This document shows, piece after piece, positions 53,071 through 64,000 of a DNA stretch of 64,000 nt. The first letter of the stretch is position 1, and every line of letters starts with the position of its first letter. The DNA comes from Adineta vaga. Taxonomy: Eukaryota; Animalia; Rotifera. The DNA is taken from contig CP075497.1 in assembly GCA_021613535.1 (NCBI GenBank), forward strand, positions 6,200,001-6,264,000, written 5' to 3'. Below the pieces are notes generated by a model. That model was given only the letters and a program-made list of their open reading frames with translations. It was not told the DNA's origin and searched no databases. The translations under genes were made by a program, and so were the position numbers.

Positions 53071-56000
53071 TTATATGATGTTCAATGCAATTCTATGTAG
53101 AAAAACTAGGAATTTATGTGCTTCCTCTTGTGTACGGTCATGATTGTTAGCTAGTTCAATGATTTTCAAGAATTGCCATCCTAATATTTCCATTTCAGAA
53201 AGGTCTTCACATTCCTCATTGTCAAAACTAAATCCACGAGGCAACTGTTTAATAAGATCAGCAAAATCTTGAGTATGTATTGCTTGACCAATACGTTTCC
53301 ATGCTTGATGGTCTTCTTGACGTATCTGTTTATATTTGATAATATCACTCATCAGCCGATTCATAATCCAGCCAAAACTCAGTAGAGTTCCCGCTTTGTA
53401 CGCAACATAATACCATGCACTTGCTTTATTTAATTGTTCTGGATAACTACAAGAGAAAGTCGAGATGATTAAGAGAAGAAATAATTTTGTTTACCTTAAA
53501 TATTCGGAGTCAAATCGACGTCTCATATCCTGAAGAAGATATCGAAATTCCAATGATGCTGTTTCAACTGAATCATTGTTTTTTCGTTCTTCTTCTGGAC
53601 ATGAATGACATCCAGTAATTAATTCATATTCAGTGTTTAAAGTATAAGTTGATAACATTATATTCATGCGTGAGGAATAATATTGATAATCTTGCTCAGT
53701 TTGAGGAATATATTTCTTATAACCTTCTAGTAAAAAGTCTTGATTAATATCAATACTTTGTTCTTCACATGATTTTTCTTGCCAATCTGAATGGAGCGTC
53801 CATACTTGTTTAGCTTCTCGGTACATACATCCGATACTTGATTCAGATTCAAAGGATGGCTTATGTTTGTTTTCCATAAAATCTGGGTATTGATCGATTT
53901 TAATATTTTTTGGATTCTGTGGAAGTATGCCTGTCTTTGGAAAATCAACAGCTTGAGATATATTTTCAGCCAATTGTTTTGAATCGTCGTGGTTAACTCC
54001 ACGTGAAGCACAACAAGCTAAATGCCGATTTGATAAAACACCCAAAGCATCGGACGTTACATATTTGTAAAGAAAATCAGCAATGACTGATATTGTAATT
54101 TCACCATTATGTTTGGATTTTTCTACTGAATCAAAATTAGCTGCTGAATATTGCCGTGTAGCATGTTGAACAAGACCTTCGTTCCAACATACCCAATACT
54201 TCATAAATAAAACACAAGATTCGATCATTTATAAACAAAGCAAACAACTTACTTCGTCACCGTCTAAATCACTACCACTGATTTCATTTGGATGCGGACG
54301 AGCACCTTTTGCAGGGAAAACAATACATTCTTGCAAATGATGTAAAGCTGAACAATCTACTGCTCTCAATATTCGTACATCGCCTGGAAAATGAGCAGGA
54401 TTCTTTGTAACAAGAATTGTTCGATCACATAATATTTGACGATGACCATCAAGATTACGAAGTTGGATAAATACTTCACCATAGTTAAGAGAATTTGTTT
54501 CATCAATTGCACCAAATAACATTCGTCCGTCAGAAAGTGAAATTTGAACATGTGACTTTTCTTTCAATCTTTTCAATCTAATAGAAAGCGAAAGATATTC
54601 TAGACACAATATATTTTGTTAATGGTTAGAAATTACCTTTCTTGTGCTAACAATAATAATAAAGAACGCACAAAGGGTTCTTTAGTGAGCTGAATACCAG
54701 CTTTGTGCATTCGTTCCCAATCATACGATCGAACGTTTTGTTCAAGGGTGCGCATCGCTGACTTATTAGCCAATAATGACATAGATATTTTTAGTCTTGC
54801 CTTATTTTGAAGTTTCAAAAATATGTGCTTCGGTACTCGCATATTTTCTAGTAGAAAAATGACTTGTCGATTCATAAATGCTGTCCCTATCGAAGAGAAA
54901 TGTATAGAGACATTAACGGATATTTTTCTTTCTTACCAGAACTAGAATGTTTGACAACTTCCAATACATTATGATTTGCTATAAATTTGCATTGACTTGG
55001 ACGATACTGAACCAATCTTCCTCTATCATTTAGCTCCGGCGCCAAAACAAATATACCTTTAATACCATTTAAACGTGCTTGGATGATACAAGGCATATAA
55101 TCTTCTTCGATAAGTTCGGCATTGTATGCTAAGAAGGTCTAAAAGAATATACATATATTCAATTGTATGGATTCTTATTGTCTGATGTATCAACGAACTT
55201 GTTTCAATGCTTCTGACGAAATTTTACCAACACCGTCGGTAAAAATACGACCATCACCATCTGATATATCATCAATGGGTTCAATCTGATTTTTCAATAG
55301 CTGAAAAGAAAAAGGTGCTTGGATTGAAAATTAGAAATAGATATTCTGGATTTACCGTGATGGTTTCAGTTGTGCCAGTTAATGATAATGCCATTCTTGC
55401 AATACGAGATCCAACACATTTCTCCTTTGAAAAATCGCCCATCCATTTTCGTATATCATCCGCTCCACACCCATTGTATTCAGCATGGAACCAAAAACTT
55501 CGATCTCGCAACTGACTATTTGAACATAGTAAAAACTTGAACGGCCGATTGCCAATTATAATTTGCTCTGTGCCAATAATTAAATTTTTAAACCATTGTT
55601 CATTTATTTTCATAAAATCTTGTTGCGGTTGGCCTAGATCGACATCTCGTATAATTACTCGGCAGAAATGCTTACCGCCACCAAACTGTTGCTGTTGACG
55701 TAAAATTCGATTTCCTCGCATTGGTTTGATTGGTAATGGATAAATGCCATATGGTGTCAAATATATTCGAGGAACATAAACCCATTTATCCATAACAATA
55801 TTTGCTGGCATGGGCTGAACATCATCGAATTCTTCGTTAATATCAAAGAATCGATTGTGTCGTGCTCGATAATATATACTTATTAATTTCAAATACCCTT
55901 GATGATTTGGATATTGTTCATGTCTGGATATTTGTGATAATTGGAAGATTTTTCTCAAAGTATCTATGTTGATCTGATATTTTATTCGATAACCTAATGT

Positions 56001-56855
56001 TAGAAGCATTTGATATGCATAACATGACCAGAAGTCAAGTGCATTAAAATCAAGTTGTTGTAATTGACCTGACATTTGCGAACAAGTAATCGAGCCGATA
56101 TGACATTCTAAGTTGAGAATATATATTAGAAATCTCATACAGTCATCGAATGATCGCTTGTCCGAAAATTGTAAATATAAAGCCGTAGTATCAGCTAAAC
56201 ATGCTTCATCAATATTACCAAAAGTAAGTTTTCGTTGGTAATATTCTTTTCTGCAAGTTTGTGCCATATAACAACGGGGTGATGCAACCAGAGGTAGAAT
56301 CATTATATGTTGTGCTCTGGCATTTTTAGGAGAAATTACAAAATATTTATCCAAGCATGCGGGACTAAGTTTTAACTCATGGACTTCACGCATGGCATTA
56401 TAAGCAAATGCCATATATTTTTCATGGACATTTGTTTTCCATTCTATACGTCGAATATTTTGTAATCTCTTATTATCCATATAGTTCATGTCAGACATGA
56501 AATATCCAAATGATAATGCTTTTAATAAACCGCTGCAATCATTTTGAGGAAATGTTTCTAATGTGTTTTCATTTTTTTTCAACCCGTACTTAATCCAAAC
56601 AGGTGCACCTAAAAAAATAAAACAAACAAATAGTAATTGAATCAAATAAGACATGTAATAACACTGACCCTTAAAGTGGACTTGAATTGTTTCAGGATGC
56701 AAGTGGGATGGAAATGTAAATGAATGAGATATTAAACCTGGTATCTCATGTAAACATTTTTTACTGGATATTTCCGTGAAATGTGTTTGTAATATTGTAA
56801 ACTTATCTTGCAGCTTTGCTGCATCTTGTGGACGGTAGGTAATTGTAGCATACAT
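53071..56855 (-). CDS. Eukaryotic (cellular) RNA-dependent RNA polymerase, 8 exons, intact
   Basis: Catalytic 'HPNEISGSDLDGDEYWVCW' across a splice junction, plus 'CSNSQLRDRSFWF', 'FTDGVGKIS', 'IQARLNGIKG', 'KNPAHFPGDVR', 'AVDFPKTG', 'KASAWYYVAY...LLSFGW'. All introns are phase-consistent. Confidence 0.95.
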
Positions 56856-58323
56856 TTTATTTCGTTGGATTCTTGCTTGATTAAATAATGTTTAGAGACA
56901 TATGACTTGTCTTTCTTTATATTTTATAACAAACGATCAGCGTAGAACAAAAATTCTCTTGCCTTTTATACTCAGAATTTAATTACTCATTATATACGTG
57001 GCATAACCTCAATAGCGAAAATAAAATCGTAAGAGCCTTCAATTACTCATTTTTGATTTATTGGGGAAAAAACCCAGTTGAAATGCAAGCACTGATAAAT
57101 GTACGACGTTCACCTTTCCCTTTCGTTCTTTATTCTTTTTCCATCTGAGCTTCATTTTTCCAGCCGATGTGTCCTCCTAAAGATGGTTAGCAATGAGAAA
57201 ATACGCAATCGTGTGTTCGATTACTCATCCTCACGAACTTTAAAAAAAAAGAATTTCTTCAGTAACACCAGAGGTCAGGAGTGTATCATATTTCCTTTCC
57301 ATTCGTGCTTTTAATTGTTTTCTTCTCTTTTAACAATCTCACAATATTATAAAATATTTCCACAAGATCAAGAATAGTACTTCAAATACACAGCTGTTCT
57401 CATCAAATTTCAATAACTAGTACATATTATAGAGATTGAGTTCGAATGCTCGAAGAATTTTAACGATCAATATGACCGAAAAACACATCACAAAAATTCG
57501 ATTGTCTATCACGTATCCCAAATCGTGTCCCCATTTGGAGTAGTCAACTAGGATATGGCAAAACTGGCGACCAACTAGGGATTTTGTTTTACAATATACT
57601 TATATCCCATTACATGTCTTTACAGATTATATCAATAAAATGAAGTCTTTTAAGTCTTATCTACTAATTTCAAACATACACATAGTTACATATCGAAAGT
57701 GCATACTTGGCCAACAGAACTTCGATAATGATTAAATTACGCAAAATGTGAGAATGACTCAGAGATCGATTTAGAAGAGCACAATTATAGACCTAGGAAA
57801 TCTGATCAAATATTTTTTTAATCCTTACGAGTTCAAGCAAAAAATATTTTCAACGTCCTATAAGTATTATATGTATATTGAAAAACAAAATTACTAGTTG
57901 GCCACCACTTTAGCCATACCGTAGTTAACGAGTTAAAATGGGATTCAATTTTATCCAGAAATTCTATATCTGAATGGCGTCGAATATAAAGTAAATAAAA
58001 GCGACATAAAAATCTTTTTGTTATTGTCAACAAAAAAAATCAAATGCTAATAGCTCTGCTAAAAAGCAATTATTTCGGAGAAAAAAAATTCTTTTTTCAT
58101 AAACGCCTGTTAATTAAACCTTTTCTTCGTTTTTTATTCGAAGAATAAAAGTCAAAAGAAAACAAGCTTTCTCTCGTTCAACAACAACAGTTACCACTCG
58201 ATAACGACAACGTCTTATCAAAAGCACACTTCGGCAAGCATATGTAATAGAAAAAAATTGAATATACGCGCATTTTTCTACTTTTTACTTTTCTTTCCTT
58301 ACAACGTGACGTGAGTAGCGGTA

Positions 58324-59394
58324 ATGGCAAGTAAAATCACTGTAAAATCTAGTGGAATTCGTAAAAAAGATGAATATCCAACAATCTTATTCTATGTACC
58401 AGAAATGCGTCAATTAGCTGAAGAAATTCGTTCATGTAGTAGTTCACATTTTATTGAATTAGGTGATATTCAATGGAATGAATTTCCTGATAAATGGCCA
58501 AATATTTTTATTCGTAATTCCGATCAAATTCGTAATAGTCATGTTCTTTTCTTAGCATCGCTTCATAGTCCTATAACAATTTTTGCCCAAATATCTGTTC
58601 TTTATCATTTGCCAAAATATCTTTGTCGATCATTAAAAGTTCTTTTACCTTATTTTCCTACTGGTACAATGGAACGTATACAAATTCAAGGTGAAATTGC
58701 CACAGCATATTCACTAGCACAAATGCTTTCATCAATTCCATTGACACGTACTGGTCCATCAGAAATTGTTATTTTCGATATTCATGCATTACAAAATCAA
58801 TTTTATTTTTCATCGAATATTATCGTTCGACTTGAATCAACTGTTGGACTATTATTAAATGAATTAAAAAACGAAGAAAATCATACGGAAAAATATGTTA
58901 TTGCTTTTCCCGATGATGGTGCACATAAACGTTTTTCACATATATTTGATAATACAAATTATCCAATCGTTATTTGTAGTAAAATTCGACAAGAAGATGA
59001 TAAACGTATTACAACAGTAAAAGAAGGTAAAATCCATCTTTCTTTTTGTTTTTTTCACTCAATCAATCAATCAATCATAATTATTTGTTTTCAAGGTCAT
59101 CCAAAAGGTCTTCATTGTATCATTGTCGATGATTTAGTTCAATCAGGTGGTACACTGATTGAATGTGCACAAGCACTATTAAAAAATGGTGCGACACATG
59201 TATCCGCATTTGTTGGACATGGAATATTTCCAAATGAAAGTTGGAAGAAATTTATTCATTCAAATAATCCAAAAGTTCATTTTCATACATTTTATGTTAC
59301 AAATACATATCCAAATACACAAGTATTGATTAATCAACCTCCTTTTAAAGTACTTTCGATTGCACAAATTTTATGTAATATCTGTTCTTATTGA
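58324..59394 (+). CDS. Class II (plant PRS3/PRS4-type) ribose-phosphate pyrophosphokinase; in-frame 69-nt intron at 59027-59095
   Basis: 'WNEFPDKWPNIFI', 'LPYFPTGTMER', 'GEIATAYSLAQMLSSIP', 'FDIHALQNQFYF', 'AFPDDGAHKRF', and PRPP-binding 'IIVDDLVQSGGTL'. Confidence 0.9.
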   Translation: MASKITVKSSGIRKKDEYPTILFYVPEMRQLAEEIRSCSSSHFIELGDIQWNEFPDKWPNIFIRNSDQIRNSHVLFLASLHSPITIFAQISVLYHLPKYLCRSLKVLLPYFPTGTMERIQIQGEIATAYSLAQMLSSIPLTRTGPSEIVIFDIHALQNQFYFSSNIIVRLESTVGLLLNELKNEENHTEKYVIAFPDDGAHKRFSHIFDNTNYPIVICSKIRQEDDKRITTVKEGKIHLSFCFFHSINQSIIIICFQGHPKGLHCIIVDDLVQSGGTLIECAQALLKNGATHVSAFVGHGIFPNESWKKFIHSNNPKVHFHTFYVTNTYPNTQVLINQPPFKVLSIAQILCNICSY

Positions 59395-59722
59395 TTCGTC
59401 TTTAAACACATCCTATACCTTTAAGTTATAATTCACAAATAGCACGTTTCTCAGTGATATATTTGTTTTTGTATGATTATTCTTTCGGATGTATAAATCC
59501 ATATAAATTCAAGAAAGTTTTCTTTAGCATACAATTGATTTTATTTGAATATTAATTGATATTGATTTGTTCCTTCGAGCATGTTTCAATATCTATTGAA
59601 GTTTTGTTTTTATATGCACAAACTCAAAAAGAGAAGTATATAAATATATATATATGTGAAAATGGCGCATTGAATGAATCAAATTGTCAATAGACTTTCT
59701 TTTAAATGTAAATCACGTATGT

Positions 59723-61257
59723 TCATGCCAAGATTTTATAAATTCGTTGTAAAGATTGCACAGATGTTGAACTAACAAGAAGCGATGAATTTAAATCATC
59801 TAAAACGCTTGGATAACGTTTTGATGCATCACTAGGTGCATATAAAATTGCCCATGGTTCATTTTCTTTTACTGAATCGCCAACATGTTTCAATAAACGA
59901 ATACCAATGGAAAAATCTAACTTATCAGTTGATTTTAAACGTCCACCACCTAATAAAAATAAAGATGATACGATATACAATTATTATTGTAAGACATACC
60001 TAATCGTTGAACAATAGTACCAAGTTTAAAGGCATCAATTGATTGAATAAATCCTGTTTGTAATGAAATAGCTTGATGAGTTGTATCACTAAGTTTTAAG
60101 ATCGATCCAACTATTGCTTCATCTTTGTCGATTAATTGTTTTGCAATCGTTGGTGAAACACCTTGACCAATAATCATGTCATGAAATTTCTTTAGAGCTG
60201 AACCATTTTTAAACGTCTCACGAATCATTTCTCGACCTTGCTCAACAGTTTGAGCTTTATTGGTAAGTAAAAGAAGACGACCGCCTAAGTATATGAATAC
60301 ACCATATATTTTTCTTATTAAATTCAATTTGACTTACCTTGTTCGCAAATTAAGTCTTCTAAATCCTTCGAATGACCAGCTGTATATTTTAAAAGATCGA
60401 GTGATTCTTGAATTTCTATAGCATTTCCCATACAATATCCAATTGGATTATTCATTTCAGTAATATAACAACATGTTCTCATTCCAAGCAGTTTCGATAC
60501 TTTAAATAACCAATTTGCAAGAACTTCTGCATTCTCCGGTGTTTTCATGAACGCTGCTGAACCATATTTAATATCAAGAACAAGTGCGTCAAGATCTTCA
60601 ATTGCTTTTTTTGATAAGATAGATGAAACAATCAATGCATTACTGGGAACAGTTGCTGTTACATCACGTATTGAATATAAATAACGATCAGCAGGATTAA
60701 GTTTCTCCGATTGAGAAAAGATTCCACAACCAACAGTTGATATTAATTCCACAATTTCCTCATCGGTTAATTGTGTTTTATAACCAGGTATTGCTTCAAG
60801 TTTATCTAATGTTCCACCGGTAATACCCAAACCTCTTCCAGACATCATTGGTACTTTCATTTGACATGCAGCTAATGCTGGTGCTAATGGAATACTTATT
60901 TTATCACCGATGCCACCTGTCGAATGTTTATCAACGACTGTACCACGAAATTTTGACCAAGTCAAACGTTCACCACTATCACGCATAGACATTGTCATTG
61001 AACAGATTTCTGATTCTGTCATACCTAAAAAGAAATTTTTTTAAATGTACAAAATCATTTGTATATGTGTTTTGTTTACCTTGAATATATATTGCCATCA
61101 GCATTGCACCAACATGACAATCTTGAACATCGCCATTCGAAAGTCCAACAATAAATTGTTGAATTTCATCTGAGTTCAATTCTAAGCCATCACGTTTCTT
61201 TGCAATTAAATCAGGAATTGATAATAAATGGTCAGATGCTTTGTTATTGGTAGACAT
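59723..61257 (-). CDS. TYMP: Thymidine/pyrimidine-nucleoside phosphorylase, 4 exons, intact
   Basis: 'LIAKKRDG', 'VVDKHSTGGIGDK', 'MSGRGLGITGGTLDKLEAIPG', 'IRDVTATV', 'SILSKK', 'LGGGR'. Confidence 0.93.
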
Positions 61258-62471
61258 TTGAATATATTTTTATTTTTTTCGCGTGCGCGAACTTTATCGA
61301 CTGTCTTATTTATTTCGCCGAAAAAAAGAAAAGGATAAATTGAAATACGCACACTCTATGTTAAATAATGTACTCCGAAGACTAAGATAGAAGATAAGAA
61401 CACACACATATCAAATTTTTCTTTATTAATGTTTTTCTTTCATCAAAAAGCGATAATACTATTTCTTTAGCATACTTGAGTATGTTTGTAGACGATTCAA
61501 CTTTGATCAAATATTTGAACTAGATTTATTTATCGACATTAAGTAAGGGAAATTATTTCAGCCGAGATAAGCTGCATAATTGAAGAGAGTAGCAATCAAG
61601 AGATGTTTTCGATTCGAAATAAAAAGGTAAATATGAAAATTCTAGTCAGTAATATAACTATGTAATAAATCATAGATTCTAACTTGGTTTTTTTCTTTTA
61701 CTTGTGAATAAACAAACAGATGTACTTTGATACATGATTATTTCAATAATTATTGTGATGTTATCTGATGTGAAACTACACAGCTGTATAGATACGAAAA
61801 ATGCAACGCATCATGTATAAGGCTTCTGACACACTATGAAAAATAAAACAGTTTTATTGTCGTTTCAATTTGATCTTTGACCCCCGTACACACTATACAC
61901 TTAAATCGTCAATAAGAAAGCAGAATATACATTATAATAGATAATAAATCAACGCTATGTCGCTAATGTATGTTGATTTTTCTACATAGAATACTACCTG
62001 CTACATTTGCATAGTGTATAATTATAAACTTTAGGACTACGTTTTCTAAACTATGGTCAAAGAATAAACAAAACATTCATTTTTCTTTTCAATATTCATC
62101 AAAACACAATAATCATCAATCAAGATAATATCTTACAATGAAGAAGGTATAAATCAGCTGGTGGCATATATACATTTTCATTGGTACAAGTGACATATTG
62201 ATCTGATCAATGATTATCAAATGAATGCCAAACAATACTTCAAAATCATTTATTTCCTTCTCTCTCTCTCATATCGCGTTTTCAGCATCAACATTGTATC
62301 AAACATTCCATATAGTACTGACTATTAAAAACACATGCCTTTACGGATGTCGTTAATTACATTTATATAGAATCTACATTCAAAGATCAATAAATATAAA
62401 CATTACATACTGACAACAACGAGAGAAAATGAAAATAGTTTAATAAATATATATCACTATTAATTTTGTTT

Positions 62472-64000
62472 CTAATGTCTTGCACTGTTCATATTTCGAC
62501 TTGTATACATATCATTAAATCCAAGTCGAGATACAGATGTATTCGATGATGCATAATTGTCATATGTATTATCATCACCAGAAATATTTTTCCTTAACAA
62601 AATATATCAAAGTATTCATCAAACAGAAATTATTGTTCGACTTACTTTTTCTTCTTACGTTTTTCTATTGGAATGTTACTAAAATAAAGAATGCATAAGA
62701 TCTTTTACGAAAAAAAAATTCCAATTATTTGTTTACTTTGCATCTAGTTCGATATTTTCTTCACCTTTCATTGCATTTTCAATGGCTGCTTGAATGACTG
62801 GTGCTACAACTGGACCTTCGTAATCTCGAGTTGTTCGTGTAGGATGATCCAATTGAAGCAACATAATATTTTCACCCTAATTGAAAAGAATTTTGATTCC
62901 TTTTAGTTTCGAAGATAAAATCATACTCTGAAATGAGCAATTTCTGGGATTGAACCAGCTTCAGAATTTGAAGTTAATGGACGAAGTGTATGACGATTAG
63001 ACATTGGTCGAGCAGCCATTTGATCTCTAGAAAATGAAATAAATGAACGCTCGATTTGATGTTTTTTCAATATAGTTTACGTTTCTTTTGATAATTCTTT
63101 CAATGTCCATTTATTATGTTGATCATCAAATTGAATTCGTTTATATAATCGTTCACGTTCATCCATAGGAATGAAATTTTCAATAATTAATTGAAATAAT
63201 TTTGCTTGTTTTTGGATTTCTCGTTGTTCAGCTTCGAGTTCCTCCCGTGCAGTTCGATGATGTTCAGTCACTTCTGTCTTTTTTGCTTCAAGTTTTTTTA
63301 ATTGTTTAGATAATTTATCTCGTTTTGTTCGTTTATCTTCTACTTCTTCTTTAATGCTCGTATATTTTTCATTGATAGTTTGTCGTTCTTCTTCACCTTG
63401 TGCTAATCGTTGTTGAACTTCACGATGACGACGTTCAGCTTCAACAATTAAACGTCTAAAATCAACTCCTATTTCAATTGATTGATTTAAATATAACTAA
63501 ACAAACCGTTTTTGTCGAAGAATTTCTTCTTGTTCACTCGTATGTGTAACAATATCTTTTCCACCGGTGATTAATTTCGATTCCATTTGTTGAATTTTAT
63601 GTTGCATTTCACGACGTTCTTCTTGTTGACGTTCAATCGCTTGCTTTTGATCTTCTAATTCTCGAAGTAAACTTTCTCGTTCGTTTTCTAATCAATCAAA
63701 TAGTAAAATTTCTCTTTTTCAGTATACCGATTTTTATACGAACCATTTATATTTTTCTTATGAAGAATTGTTCGTTTTTCTTCATTGAGTTTATCTTGTT
63801 GTTCCTTTAAAAATAATTCTTCATCATTTTGATCACCATCACCATCATCATCATTCTCATTTCCATCGCGATTACCACGACGACGAGATTTTCGTCCACT
63901 TTTTCCTTTTCCATCTAATCGTTCTTTTAATCGTGCTATCTCATCTTGAAATTTACGTAATAATGCATCTTTAGGATCTTCATTAATACGTGGTTGATTT
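62472..64000 (-). CDS. Kinesin-2 (KIF3B/C-like) neck, stalk and tail; the motor domain lies outside the window
   Basis: '[25 protein letters not shown]', '[13 protein letters not shown]', 'IIENFIP', '[13 protein letters not shown]'. Stop at 62472-62474. Confidence 0.88.

Noticed and set aside
57500-58033. Possible decayed gene or transposon relic between RdRP and PRS (short CAACTAGG repeat, 66-aa ORF)
   Set aside because: No recognisable domain, termini or splice structure.
56609-59095. Stop-free in-frame introns (RdRP 56609-56668, PRS 59027-59095, others in the helicase, astacin and ADCY10 genes) as regulated intron retention
   Set aside because: These are expected by chance for a fraction of introns this short. 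Their translations are low-complexity and unconserved.
1-64000. CRISPR arrays, rRNA, tRNA, telomeric repeats or prokaryotic operons
   Set aside because: I saw no repeat-spacer pattern or RNA-gene signature, and nearly all genes carry spliceosomal introns.

Overview
AT-rich eukaryotic DNA with very short (about 50-70 nt) GT-AG introns and dense gene packing. Composition, intron size and gene content suggest a bdelloid rotifer or similar microinvertebrate (inference). I spliced about 19 genes by hand: the 3' end of an opsin, GOPC, a soluble adenylyl cyclase (ADCY10-like), two NRARP-like ankyrin genes forming a near-identical inverted pair around an atypical LRR/solenoid transmembrane receptor gene, an SLC22 transporter, a TRERF1/ZNF541-like ELM2-SANT zinc-finger gene, atlastin, ANKRD42, an orphan gene, GST-omega, a TOX-family HMG gene, a DDX5/17-like helicase with an N/Q/W-rich tail, a type II-anchored astacin, an intact eukaryotic RdRP, a class II (plant PRS3/4-type) PRPP synthetase convergent with thymidine phosphorylase, and the 3' part of a KIF3-type kinesin-2. 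Four signals stand out. (1) The 298-bp inverted NRARP duplication is identical at 296 positions, and the identity covers only coding sequence. (2) Four otherwise intact genes each carry one frameshift. (3) The TOX4-type Cys domain lies on exons downstream of the HMG gene's stop codon. (4) RdRP and class II PRS are genes absent from vertebrates and Drosophila. I found no rRNA, tRNA, CRISPR array or recognisable transposon. I cannot demonstrate a new biological system; the candidates below are hypotheses.
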